The notes beneath the pieces are model-generated. The model saw only the letters and a list, made by a program, of their open reading frames with translations, was not told the DNA's origin and did not search any database. The position numbers and the translations under genes are program-made. Of a stretch of 64,000 nucleotides of DNA, positions 51,593 to 64,000 are shown piece after piece (within the stretch, counting starts at the first letter, position 1; every line of letters begins with the position of its first letter). The stretch comes from Octopus sinensis (taxonomy: Eukaryota), in NCBI RefSeq assembly GCF_006345805.1, contig NC_043005.1:96658001-96722000 (forward strand), read 5' to 3'.

Positions 51593-52259
51593 AAAACATC
51601 TATAATGCTTGCTTCAATACTAGAAATAGCGAGAAATGCTTCCACAGAAAACACTCGAAGGTTACTTTGGATATCATATTGCTAGACACATCTGTAAAGT
51701 AGGATTGTTTGGGCTTGAAAAATATCTCATGGTAGGCTTGTTAGAAAAGGGCTGACCTTGGATTAAACAATAAGCATTTTTTATACTTTAGCACACATGG
51801 CGAAGGAATGTGGTGCGATATAATCGATTAAATTATGTTCGAGAATGATTGATTATTTGGCAGAGTCTTTAAATGATGAACGGTTATATGGATGAAACTT
51901 CACGCGGTATCTAAATTCAGAACTGTAATGCAGCATAGCTAAAATCTGCAGGTTGTTCCATCCAGCATTCTACCATCAACTACTTTAACCCAAACCCTAA
52001 TTTTACAACAAAAGCACACTAGGAATTATCGGTGACCAGCTGTTAAACATTATCATCGTAAACAAACAACAACTATCAACAAAAATTAACAATATGATTT
52101 AAACAAATAGCAAAAAATAGCAACAACCAGGGAAAACAAACATTACTAACTGTAGCAATGACAACGACGTCAACAGTAGTAACCAAAATAGTTATAAGAG
52201 CAGCACTAATGACAACCACCACCACAACAACAATAACAACATGAAAAGCAGCAGTAAAA

Positions 52260-52735
52260 ATGGAAGAAGAAGAAGAAGAAGAAGAAGAAGGAAAAGAAGA
52301 GGAAGGAGAAGAAGAAGAAGAAGAAGAAGAAGAAGGAAAAGAAGGGGAAGTAGAAGAAGAAGGAGAAGGAAAAAAAGAGGAAGGAGAAGAAGAAGAAGAA
52401 GAAGAAGCAGAAGAAGAAGAAGAAGAAGAAGAAGAAGAAGAAGGAAGAAGAAGGAGAAGAAGAAGGAACAGAAGAAGAAGAAGAAGAAGAAGAAGAAGGA
52501 GAAGAAGAAGGAACAGAAGAGGAAGAAGAAGAAGAAGAAGGAAAAGAAGAAGAAGAAGGAAAAGAAGAGGAAGAAGAAGAAGGAGAAGAAGATGGAAAAA
52601 GAAGGGGAAGAAGAAGAAGAAAAAGAAGAAGGAGAAGAAGAAGAAGAAGAAGGAGAAGAAGAAGGAAAAAGAAGAAGAGAAGAAGAAGAAGAAGAAGAAG
52701 AAGAAAAGAAGAAGAAGAAGAAGAAAAGAAGACGG
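52260..52735. repeat. About 480-bp polypurine (GAA/GGA)n tract
   Basis: Almost purely A/G on the plus strand. Confidence 0.96.
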
Positions 52736-53264
52736 TGGTGGTGGTGGTGGTGGTGCTGCTGCTGCTGGTGAAACGGAGGAGGAGGTGCTGCTGGTGGAGG
52801 GGGAATTGATGAAAAATAAAATAAAGAAAGAGAGGAGAAGCAAGAAGGAATAACGAGACGAACTAACAAGAAGAAAAAGGTTGCCGAAATAGCTTACAGC
52901 AACAGCAAAGAGCGAGTAAATATGTCTGACCTACAGACATTCAATATGGTGTCAGCTTACCACAGCAGACGACAATAGAAATATCTTAAAAGGTGCAACA
53001 TATGATTCCAGAGTTCATGGGAAGAGGGTTAAATTTCATTATAGCTTCGTAACTATTGCGTATAATATTTCTTTGGTGTTAGTATTGTTTTTTTATATAT
53101 TTATGTTGTATTTTCGGGTTGTTCTTTTTATTTGATGTTGATGTTATTACTAGGGTTGTTATTGTTATTCCACACAATTATATTTTATTAGTCTACGTAC
53201 ACATGTATATATGTACACATGTATATATGTACGCTTGTATATATGTATTGTTACTGCTATAAAA

Positions 53265-53312
<48 letters not shown>

Positions 53313-53314
<2 letters not shown>

Positions 53315-53475
53315 GGAGGTGAGCTGGCCGAATCGTTAGCACATCAAGCTAAATGCTTAGCGGCATTTCGTCCATATTTACGTTCTGAGTTGAAATTCCG
53401 CCAAGGTCAATGAAATAAGTATCAGTTGAACACTGCGGTCGATGTAATCGATTTAACCCTTCTTACGAAATTTCA
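53313..53475 (+). mobile_element. SINE family A, internally deleted
   Basis: Head follows (TTA)n; the central core is missing. Confidence 0.8.
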
Positions 53476-53633
53476 GGAATGGTTTTGGTATTTTAATTAA
53501 CAAGTCTTAGACATCTCACTTTCAAGGTCCTTACATTTAGACAGTTTTTCAAATTCCTTTACTTAGACGTTTCTTTCAGTAGACACTGTCATATCAATTA
53601 ACAGGCAAGATTTTGTCTTTTACGTCTTGGGTC

Positions 53634-53701
<68 letters not shown>

Positions 53702-53794
53702 TATTATTATTATTACTATTATCATTATTATTATGTTTGGCTTTTGCTTCGTACTTATACAAGCTGACTCAGGTCTCACCCAGAGACTCTTTCC

Positions 53795-54561
53795 AAGGTC
53801 TATTACATACCGATGGCAAGAATCAACTTTGCTCTCTACGTCGGCAGGTAATTTCTGTGCGATATGAGTCCTCTGTCTCAGCATAAGATTGTGTCGTTTC
53901 ATGAACCTCGTACACCAGCCAGAAGATGCTTTAAAGTCGGAATTATCATGTTCTTCAATCACTTGGCGAACCCGCAATCCTATGATGTTCCTCGTGATGA
54001 CAAGTTCATTCATGCATAGTTCAGTCACCTTGTCTCTCAAAATAGTCTCCATCTCCTCATTGGGATTCGTTCCTATCCTAATTTTCATTAACGATTTGAT
54101 GCCAACGGATTTCATTTTCTCCTCTTTCAAACGCCAATCCATGACCATTTTTCTGGGACCCCAAAGCGTATTCAACAGCTTTCAACTTTTAAGTGATATC
54201 ATCCGAATTCCTCTTTCTCCTCATGCTAACAAATAACATGGCATCGAATTAAAGAAAGACAGATACGGTACAGAAGCAAACAAGCATTAAACTCAATTTT
54301 TTAGATTAACGGTTTATTTCATACTAATAGAAGTAAAGAAATATATAAAGAAATATCTAACGGTCGTCTTCCGTGTACTTTTCAGTTTCGGAATTAGGGA
54401 TTCAGTTTTTTTCGGTTATTCCAAGTGTCGTAACTTCAGACGTGGTTTGTACCTAGAAAATATCTGAATATTTTTTATAGGATGCGCTTATAAGTCGCAT
54501 CCCCAACTTTAGATGAAAATTTTAGGGTAGAAAAGTGCGACGTATATCCGAGTGAATTCGG
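53795..54561 (-). mobile_element. pogo/Tigger-family DNA transposon, 5' part (disrupted transposase N-terminus)
   Basis: Minus end TA|CCGAATTCACTCGGATATACGTCGCACTTTT (TA 54562-54563) with subterminal TGCGACTTATA; *KLKAVEYA and CENP-B-type HTH FKASSGWCTRFMKRHNLMLRQRTHIAQKLP. Confidence 0.9.
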
Positions 54562-54575
54562 TATATACTTATATG

Positions 54576-54612
<37 letters not shown>

Positions 54613-54632
54613 GATGTATATATATGTATGTA

Positions 54633-54695
<63 letters not shown>

Positions 54696-55125
54696 TATAT
54701 ATATACACATACATACATACATACATACATACATACATACATACATACATACATAAACACACTTAGGCGCGCGCGCCTACGCACACATTTATATTGCCCT
54801 TTGGTTAAATCTGAACAGGCAGAACAATGCTATTGATTGCTTCTTCACAGCCTCCACATGATCTGAACTCTGCTTGGTTATATGCTATTGGTAATTTCTA
54901 GAGGGTAGTTCTCGTCATTTGCAGTATTCAAAAATCTGTCGTTCACAGTTCTGAGTCCTTCTCAGCTGTACTAAGGTTATATTTTGTTTTCTTTATCCAC
55001 TTCTCTTGTGTTCATACTTGCCATATATCGGATATATATGGGCTTTCCTTTCAATCGTCCTATGACTATCTGTAGTCCCTGTTTCAAGAAGTTTTTTTGT
55101 CTTAGTTTTTAACCATTTCTTTTGC

Positions 55126-55194
<69 letters not shown>

Positions 55195-55789
55195 ATGTTT
55201 CTATCTGCCTGTCTGTCTGTCTGTCTCTCTCTCTCCTCTCTCTCTCTCTCATTAAATTCTCTTCACACGAGTCTTTTATATTTTAAGTTTCCTTGAAAAT
55301 ACGCCGGAGATTTCGCACAGTTGACTGGACATTGAACCTATTTTAACGACAGTACATTGTTCTTTTAATCATATTCTGCCCCTATTAGGATAGATTTTTC
55401 TTTACACTTCACTACATATTTTTGTTGTTCTACAGTAATTATTTCGTAATGATTTTCTACTTACTCTCTCTTATATTCATGGTAAAAATATTTTAGGTCA
55501 GATTTTGGGTGGTATATTATAAATGAATTTATTACTTGTATTGCTTCCTGCCTTACCCCGTTCATTCACTTAGCGTCCAGTTTAATATATAATTTTAGTT
55601 TATTACTGAAATAACAAGCGAGTAATACATACTCTCTTATTCTTATTTACTTTTTTGTATTTATTTCTGTTCGAAGTAGTAATAAATTGCGTCTGTATCA
55701 TTCCTTCGTAAACATGTATTCTGTTCATTCCTTTAATTCCTATGTGACTCTGTTTTTTATGCTTATTTCCATTTCTTCCTCTAATAATA

Positions 55790-55985
55790 ATCCTTTCTAC
55801 TCTAGGCACAAGGCCTGAAACTTTAGGGGAGGGAGCTACTCGATTACATCTGCCCCACCTACCCCGAGGGGATGAACGGTAAAGTCGAATTTGCCGGAAT
55901 TTGAACTCAGAACATAAGGTCGGACGAAATACTGCTATGCCTTTTTCACCGGCGTGGCAGTGACTCTGCCAGCTCGCTGCCTACA
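55790..55985 (-). mobile_element. SINE family A
   Basis: Minus head GGCAGCGAGCTGGCAGAGTC follows (ATT/ATC)n; tail GTAGAAAGGATTATT. Confidence 0.8.
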
Positions 55986-55995
55986 TCTAATAACG

Positions 55996-56030
<35 letters not shown>

Positions 56031-56067
56031 TATAATGATGATGATGATGATGATGATGATGATAATG

Positions 56068-56104
<37 letters not shown>

Positions 56105-56577
56105 TGATGATGATGATGATGATGATGATAATGATAATAATAATAATGATGATGATAATCCTTTCTATTCATAAGTCTTCCTCTCATCATGGGTTGCCTT
56201 TTTCTTAACCTATTTCCATATTAACTCCGCTCGCCAGTTTGACCATGTACTCTCTGTAGCAATGTTTCTAATATTTATTATCATTAATGTGCAACTTACG
56301 GTCTACCACAGACAAAAGAAAGTTAACCGTCTTTCCTAAACATGTTTACCCGGTCCATATCTAGTTTAAGATGTTAATTTAAGGTTTTAAACACCAGATG
56401 GAAAATAAGTAGAATGTATGCGTCTCCTTAGAGAATCGTCTTCTTCTAAAAGTCATAGAATTTCGTTTATCATTTCTGTTTTTTTTAGTCTGTATCTGCC
56501 AAATTATTTGCTGTTTACTCATGATTTGTTGAATGTATCTGCTAAGTACTAATGTTATCTCACATTTAATAGTCCAT

Positions 56578-57130
56578 AGACGAGCTGGCAGAATCGTGAA
56601 AGACCCAGACAAAATGCTTTGCGGCATTCCTTCCGGTCTTACGTTCTGAGTTCAAGTGTCACGAGGTCGATTTTGCCTATCATTCCCCTGGGGTCGATAA
56701 AATAAGTGCTAGCTGAGAACAATGTAATCAACTAACCTCCTCCCACCAAAATTTCTGGATAGCCTATAGTAGGAAGAATTATTACAGGTGTTATTGCAGT
56801 TTTTAGAGTTTGCAGTTTCTTTAGTCTTGGGAACTGAGATAGTTTTACTTATTGTAACAGTGGTGTTACTGTTCCTCCCCAAATTTTTATTTTCATCTTG
56901 TTCTTGAAAGAAGTAACAGTGCATGGCCTGGTGGTCAGGGTGTTGTACTCACAATTGCTAGATCCTGGTTTCAGTTCCAGGATCGAGTGGTGTATTGTAT
57001 ACATCATCATCATCATCAAACAAAACACTTCATTTCGTTGCTCCAGTCCACTCAGCCGTAAAATGAATAACCCTGTGGCGGACTGATGTCCAGTTCAAGG
57101 CAGAGTGTTGTGATCTCGGTCACTTATACG
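56578..57130 (+). mobile_element. SINE-A (56578-56770) and family-C-like SINE (56920-57130)
   Basis: Recognisable heads and cores. Confidence 0.75.
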
Positions 57131-57149
57131 ACATAGAAATTTAATAACC

Positions 57150-58330
57150 ATCCTTATGAGTCCCCTCACTTGAATTAATAATGTCCAGGGGACTTAGTTT
57201 TTATTGATAAAATCGTTTGGGGCTGCAGCCGAACGGTTTTTTTTTTTATCAGAGAATTATTGTCGCATTTCATAACGTCGGATACTTTGCGAAATAGAAT
57301 ATTTTGTTTCCAGTATTCCTTTATTTTTGGTATTTCTATCGCGTTATTTATATTTTTGTTCACTATTTATTTCATTAGGAATTCTTAATTTTTTTCTTTT
57401 ATGTTCTATCTTTTAATAGTCATTTTCCTCTTACCCGTCGTTTGTTTGGGTTAGAGCATTCGTGTATTCGTTGCCTTTGTACTCTCGTTATTTATTGCTA
57501 CTGTAGCAACTACACGTATATTTGGTTTAGCGCGGTGATATATATGTTCGTGTCTGTTTCAGTGTAAAATCATCACTTTCACACTTATTATTGTTCCTAT
57601 TTTATCATTATATCTAATATTTGGTCGTCTTAGGTTTGACCCACAGGAAGAGCTATCGATTTTTAATATCTCCACAGTTAAAGTATTGTTATATTCAGAA
57701 TTTACATCTTTAGAATGTTATTTACTTAAATCTTTCTCGCATTCTCTTTTATCCAAAATTTTGTTTATGTTGTTTTGATTTAGCTTTTATTTGGTTGGTA
57801 TTCTATAGGTACGAGAGGTTTTGATTTTGTTATAATTTTGTCTGACATGAACTCAATTTATCTTCCTGTTAGATATTATCAATGTTTTCAACTTTAATGG
57901 TTTCCATTTCGTTGTGTGTATAAGTGTAGCTTGTTTTGTTTTGTTCGTTGTTTTCACTTTCGTTATGCATTCTTTCTTTTAAGTATTCTACGTCTGATAT
58001 AATTTGCTTTTGAAAATGTATCTTCTTAAATTAACTCGTCTGTATTACTAATTCTATCATCATGTTTCCAAAAGTTTTATATTCCCGAAGTGCGAACAAC
58101 ATTATATTTCAGAAGTGAAGGCTGTTTTAATGTGCTGCATCATCTTTGTATTGTTCTGAGATTTCTTTTGTCATTTCAGTTTCCATTTTAATGGGTTGTC
58201 TGTTCGTTGTGTAGAATGTCTTAAATGAGCTGTGTTAGTTTTCAGAATGGTGAATGTATTTGATTCCGTTGCGTTTGTGTTGTGTGGGTTATGATCTTTA
58301 TCGGGTGGTGATTGCATTGAGTGCTATTTC
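57150..58330 (-). mobile_element. Possible very old Penelope-like ORF remnant
   Basis: A-rich minus strand with a weak GIY-YIG-like fragment (TNIYIT...NPNKR); many stops. Confidence 0.25.
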
Positions 58331-59629
58331 TCAAACATACAAATACCAGTCATACTCCACAATCATTGGCCAAATTCTTCGCTTCTTACCACCCCCTTAT
58401 TAGTATGAAATGACAATAGAATTCTTCTATTTTCACCATGGTGTTAGACAAAGTTAAACTGTTTAAAAACTATTTCTTTTTTGTTAAACATGCCAATTCA
58501 TTTCTCCTCTTACAATTCTAAGAACCAGCCTATGAGAAACACTACGATAGGGCATGTATTGTGTGTATTGTTCAGAGTGTGTAGTGTGTCAGATGTATTC
58601 TTGAAAGGAAAGTGTCTTGTGACAGATGTTGGTAACACTTGGCAGAGATACGGTTTGGACTGTGTACAGAGTTGTGAACTCTTTTACTTGGTCCGACTGC
58701 TGCCAAGCTGGGGCACCGCCTTAAAGTGTTTGTTGGAACGAATCGACTTAAGTACGGAAGGAATACCTTGCCGTTTTTAAACGTGATCGTTGGTGTTGTT
58801 ACTGTGTATCCTTCCGAGGTCAACTTTCTTCTTCATTCTTTCAGATTCAATAAAATAAAGAAACCAGTTGAGTATTGTTTCCTGCCCAACTTGAATATTA
58901 TAAACCTTGTATATATATATGATAAAAATTATTTTCATTTTGATTAATGGCCTAGGGAGGGGCTCATCAAGACCTTTTTTTTTGTAGTTTCTAAAGAAGG
59001 AAAAATAAGAAATAAATATCGATAGATATTGTTCCGTTTACAGAAAGTTGTATCGCTTTGGAAAGTTGTCTTGATCCACTCATATTGATAAGCTGTTCGT
59101 ATCTTGACAAAAGTGTGTCAGATCAATAGCGAAACCATTGCAATTACTTAGATTCCCGTCTGGCTTGTGCACGGCAAAACTGTCAGTTTATAATGTTGTG
59201 TCAGTTATTACAATAACCTTGTCGTTTTTGATGTGTAAAATATATGTCGGAGTTTGTTTCTTGTATATAATTATATATAATTAATCTATCAACGTAAATA
59301 TTCCATAGCATAGTTTCACAAAAAACAAATTCCAGTCGTGACCACAAAGTTTTTTGCTGACAGCATTTCTAAAGCAACATTAGCCACCCTTTTTGTAAAT
59401 ATAGTTTGGTTTGATTTGAGGGAAATTTGGCTGTTATTTTTGCAAGACAAAATGACCACATTAGTGCTCAATTATTCGTTTCATAATTTTTAACTATTTT
59501 CTAATTGTTCATCAGAATTTTTTCTTCCTTTGTATAACAGTTTTGTGATGACAACTTTAAAATTGGGTGTTTATCTTAAAGAAATTTATTCAAATTTGTT
59601 TGAATGATAATAATAATTCTTTCGACTAT

Positions 59630-60088
59630 AGGCCTTTCAACTTCGTCCACCAGACAATCTCTTTCATCACAGCCACCAGGCGAAGGAAAACTCCCATACC
59701 TGCTTGGCAGGTAGTGGGTAAGGTAACTATCTTTGTGGACTCTGCCGACAGACGGATCCGTCTGACACGCGACAGAAGCTGTTGGACATGACTCTAGTTA
59801 AGAATACCCGGACACTGCAGTAGTTTGTGTACAACGGTTTCGTCGTTCTGTGTGTACTTCGGACAAGTCCGTCTGACAACACATTCGTGTCTGTAGAGTT
59901 TATCTTGAACTAGTAGCGCCCCCTAGTAGCACTGCTAGGCCAAGGACATATGAAAATTATCTATGGTAGTTCTCGACCGGAAAGTCCTCCGGAACAGACT
60001 AGCCAGATCGTTTTCGTCGACGCCCAGAGTCTCCCCGAGAACGTCGTCATATTTCCTCGCCACCAATCTTCTATATATTGCTAAAGTG
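59630..60088 (-). mobile_element. Tx1/L1-clade ORF2 C-terminal fragment, diverged relative of 62713-63960
   Basis: DDVLGETLGVDENDLASLFRRTF...DKLYRH...TCPKYTQNDETVVHKLLQCP aligns with the copy at 63000-63560. Confidence 0.85.
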
Positions 60089-60569
60089 GAACATCCACCG
60101 TTCTCACTGCCTGGCTGAAGAAGAAGAAGAAGAAGAAGAAGAAGAAGAAGAAGAAGAAGAAGAGGAGGAGGAGGGGGGAAGGAGCAGGAGTAGGAGGAGC
60201 AGGTGTAAGAAGAGCAGGAGGAACAGGAGCGGACGGCAATTCAATTACCAAGAGAGACTTAAATGAAGTGAAGTTTCTATTAAAAGAATATTCGACGTAA
60301 CATCTAGAAATGTGCATACTTCCAGTATGCTAATGATTCTGTCTGCAACTGAAGCATATTTTCTAATCTACATAAAGTACTCGGTTATTTTATACGTCAC
60401 CAATCATTGTTTCGGATAATATTTCAGTGATTAATTTTATTATACATTGCATTTCAGCTTTCTGCGTCGTTGCCGAGACGAGAAATGAATACTCTGCGGA
60501 AGCGGGCGATAGTCTACCGCCAAGAAAGTTTTTCATATAGAAGAAACTGAATTCGATATAACATGTAAG

Positions 60570-60960
60570 GAAGGCGGCGTGCTGGCAGAGTCGTTTGCAC
60601 GCTGGGCAAAATACTTCACGGCATTTCGTTCCTATTTACCATTTGAATTCAAATTCCACCGAAGTCAACTTTGCCTTTCATCCTTTCGGAATCAATAAAA
60701 CAAGTGTCAGTTGAGCTCTGGGGTTGATATAGTCAACCTCGAAATTGCAGAACACGAAATTGCAGAACTTGAACCAAAAACTTGAAATCAATATTACACA
60801 GGATTGTTAGCGTGCCAATCAAAATGTTTAGCGACATTTCTTCTGGCTCTTTGAATTCAGGGTTCAAATACCGCCGTGGTCGACAATGCCATTCATCCTT
60901 TCGAGATCGATAAAATGAGTACCAGTTGAGCATTGGAGTCCTTGTAATCGACTTACTTCT
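60570..60960 (+). mobile_element. Two tandem SINE-A units
   Basis: Cores near 60665 and 60885. Confidence 0.82.
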
Positions 60961-60994
60961 AGTCTCAAGCCTAGTGCCTATAAAAAGAAAGTAG

Positions 60995-61232
60995 CACTCC
61001 GCTGGTTACGACGACGAGGGCTCCAGTTGATCCGATCACGGAACAGCCTGCTCATGAAATTAACGTGCAAGTGGCTGAGCACTCCACAGACACGTATACC
61101 CATAACGTAGTTTTCTGGGAAATTCAGCGTGACAGAGAATGTGATAAGGCTGGTCTTTTGAAATACAAATACTACTAATTTTTGCCAGCTGAGTGGACTG
61201 GAGCAACGTGAAATCAAGTATCTTGCTCAAGG
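60995..61232 (-). mobile_element. SINE family C
   Basis: Same body as 2581-2760. Confidence 0.9.
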
Positions 61233-61643
61233 AAGTGAGCTCACGTAATCAAATAAAAATATTCCGCAATCCTTCAGTTGTGCTACAGCTGTGTATCACA
61301 ATCACAATATCTGTGGGAGTCTTCATGCGTTAAGTCTACTTACGAGGAATAGCAACGCAGTTGTTCTGAAATCACACCTTAGTTTTGCAAAAAAAAACCC
61401 AGAAAATTACCTTGGATAATGTAATCTTAGATATTCTGAGTAAAATCCATTTTTAAAAAATTCAAAAAGCAAATAGAGTAGAAAAAGACAAGATTAGTCA
61501 TGAGGGATGGAACACCTTTGATTAAAGATTATCGAAATCAGAGGTGACATGGTATTAAAGAAGAATAACGGGCAGATGCACAGTCAGACAAACCATATAT
61601 GCACATACAGTTACATATACGCACACACACACACATATACATT

Positions 61644-61674
<31 letters not shown>

Positions 61675-61681
61675 ATATATA

Positions 61682-61769
<88 letters not shown>

Positions 61770-61772
<3 letters not shown>

Positions 61773-62085
61773 GGCGCATGGCTTAGTGATTAGGGGCATT
61801 CGGCTCATGATCGTAAAGTCGTGAGTTCAATTCACGGCAGTGCATTGTGTCCTTCAGCAAGACACTTTATTTCACATTGCTCCAGTCCACTCAGCTGGCA
61901 AAAATGAGTTGTACCTGTATTTCAAAGGGGCAGCTTTGTCACTCACTGTGTCACGCTGAATCTCCCCGAGAACTACGAGAACTACGTTAAGTGTCCACGT
62001 GTTTGTGGAGTGCTCAGCCACTTACACGTTAATTTCACGTATCAGCTGGGACCCTCGTCGTTGCAACCGACGGAGTGACCCTATG
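61770..62085 (+). mobile_element. SINE family C, full length
   Basis: Head AAGGCGCATGGCTTAGTGATTAGGG...GAGTTCAATTC; tail CGACGGAGTG. Confidence 0.92.
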
Positions 62086-62624
62086 TATACAGAAAACGAA
62101 ACTCATTTGCACATACGCTGACTCCATACACACGTACATATACAACTATCCTATTGATGTTCTTGGAATTCCAATGAAAGAGACCTGGGTCTTGGTTAGC
62201 AACGAATCTAGAAATAAAATTAAATAACAATATACATACATATATACATACATACATACATACATACATACATACATACATACATACATACATACATACA
62301 TACATACATACATACGCACATATATACATATTTTGACGGATTTAGACCTTACTGAACACGACAGCTGAGAAATAATACCCGAGATAGGATAATCGTAAAA
62401 CCAAATTTATTTCTAACTTAAGAAGCTGCTCAATTTTGATTTAGCTTCGTATTTCATAGGCCTGACTTCGTTTTGTTTTATCTCACAAACTATTGTTTGG
62501 TTACCCTGACGTTACCAATACGATACATGTTTGTTTCTCACAGCTCGATAAAATTTGTATGTGGATGGATGGATGGATATATATATATATATATATATAG
62601 ATAGATAGATAGATAGATAGATAT

Positions 62625-62712
<88 letters not shown>

Positions 62713-62716
<4 letters not shown>

Positions 62717-63960
62717 CTTTATTAACCAGGCGGGGCCGAACACAGAGGGGACAATACAATGTAGAATTTTTCCTTTCGAAAACGATCAAGGAGATAACAA
62801 AGAGTTGTTTTTAACAATTAGAATTCCCAAATGGGGGAGTAAATATAATACTGACTAGAGTTATCTGTGGAAAGAACAACCTATGAAAAACAAAACCACG
62901 GTAATCTCGGGAAAAGGGAAAAACAATATGAGAGCAAAGTGCCCTCTCTTTTATTTTTGTTTTACAGGTTTGTGCTCAAAGTTGTTCCGCCATTCATACC
63001 TACCATCATTGCTATATCCACCCACTTTTATTAAACCTTTCATTAAATAAAGCTTCCCTCTCTACTCTTGGCCAGAGAGGAAAGTATTTGTCTCTAAACC
63101 TTTCAAATGTGCCCACCATACACATTCTTTCACCATAGCCACCAGTACGATGAAAACTGACTTGCCTTCCCGATTAAAGAAGGTGTTGGGGCAATATTTG
63201 CAATAGAATCGGTTGACAACCGGACTCGCCCCACATGTGACAGCAGCCGTTCAACATAGGCCTCAGGTCTGTAATATTTGGGCATTGCACGAGTGCGTGC
63301 AGAACGGTTTCGTCGTTCTGACCGCATCTCGGTCAGATCGGTCCGGTGTTTCTTGAACCGTGTCTGTAGACTTTATCTCGAGCGAGCAATGCTTCTCGAT
63401 AGCACTGCCAGGCCAGGTATCTCTGGAAATTGTCCATATGTCCTGGCCTGTAAGTGGTCCTAAAGAGACGGGTCAGGTATCCCTCGTCAACGCCCAGAGT
63501 TTTCCCAAGAACATCGTCGCCCCTCCCCTCCACTAATCCTTTATAGAATGCCTTTGTGGAATTGAAATCACACAAGTTTGAACTCGGATGGCAGAGCTGC
63601 TCAAGAGTATGGAAACACTCATGTTGCCATTCGCCCAGCTTTGGTCTCTGCTTGATCCATGATGCGTATACTATTACCAGTCGGAAAGCACACCCATTAC
63701 TGCCATTGTCATCCAAGACGACCCTTTCGAAAAAGCACCGCAGTACCCCCACCTCCCATTCTCGAACCACACGGAGAAAAATAAATGTCGAATTGTCTGC
63801 CGAACATGGGCTGGAGGGTCTTCGGATTGGAGAGTGTGTTTCGCTGATGGCTATAATATTTACATTCTGTGACTTGATGTCATTCAACAGGTAACCTTGT
63901 TTCCAAGACGACCTCAAGCTGCGCACATTTACACTACCTATCCTGAGCATGAATCTAAAG
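62713..63960 (-). mobile_element. Internally deleted Tx1/L1-clade LINE: APE N-terminus fused to C-terminal CCHC region, 3' UTR and microsatellite tail
   Basis: LRIGSVNVRSL...IIAISET...RLVIVYA...CDFN, then directly STKAFYKGL...DNFQRYLAWQCYREAL...*PRCGQNDETVLHALVQCP; no RT motifs between; AATAAA precedes (CT)n/(ATCT)n. Confidence 0.88.
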
Positions 63961-64000
63961 ATAGTTGTGTTTCACACACAAAGAGAAAACAGAAAATAAG

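Noticed and set aside
52076-52869. Poly-E/K/R and poly-F/L/S ORFs of 176-255 aa
   Set aside because: Derived from the (GAA)n tract; open in several frames.
53594-53795. C-terminal part of the listed 193-aa pogo ORF
   Set aside because: After YVIDL the frame runs into an unrelated tail and (AAT)n; not transposase, so no intact gene is called.

Overview
AT-rich, repeat-saturated animal DNA, most likely from an octopus (inferred from the SINE families and the extreme microsatellite load; not confirmed by a search). No intact conserved multi-exon gene can be supported, and most listed ORFs are microsatellite translations. The window holds dozens of copies of three tRNA-derived SINE families (called A, B and C here), decayed non-LTR retrotransposons (CR1/L2-type, R4/Dong, RTE, Tx1/L1, Penelope), DNA transposon remnants (pogo, two mariners, a hAT MITE, a Helentron-like element), a disrupted intronless WIP/verprolin-like sequence at 41.1-42.0 kb, and two near-identical tandem duplications (about 1.1 and 1.5 kb) that may be assembly artefacts. 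The most interesting signal is a set of type I hammerhead-ribozyme motifs: five loci, one present twice through duplication. Two loci sit inside long inverted repeats: one at the apex of a roughly 210-nt hairpin, one in a 102-bp palindrome with a mirror copy on the other strand. Also notable are an RT-less Tx1 element whose 3' end matches the SINE-A tail, and an AG|GTAAGT recursive-splice-like site near the window start. Repeat boundaries are approximate and were placed by eye.
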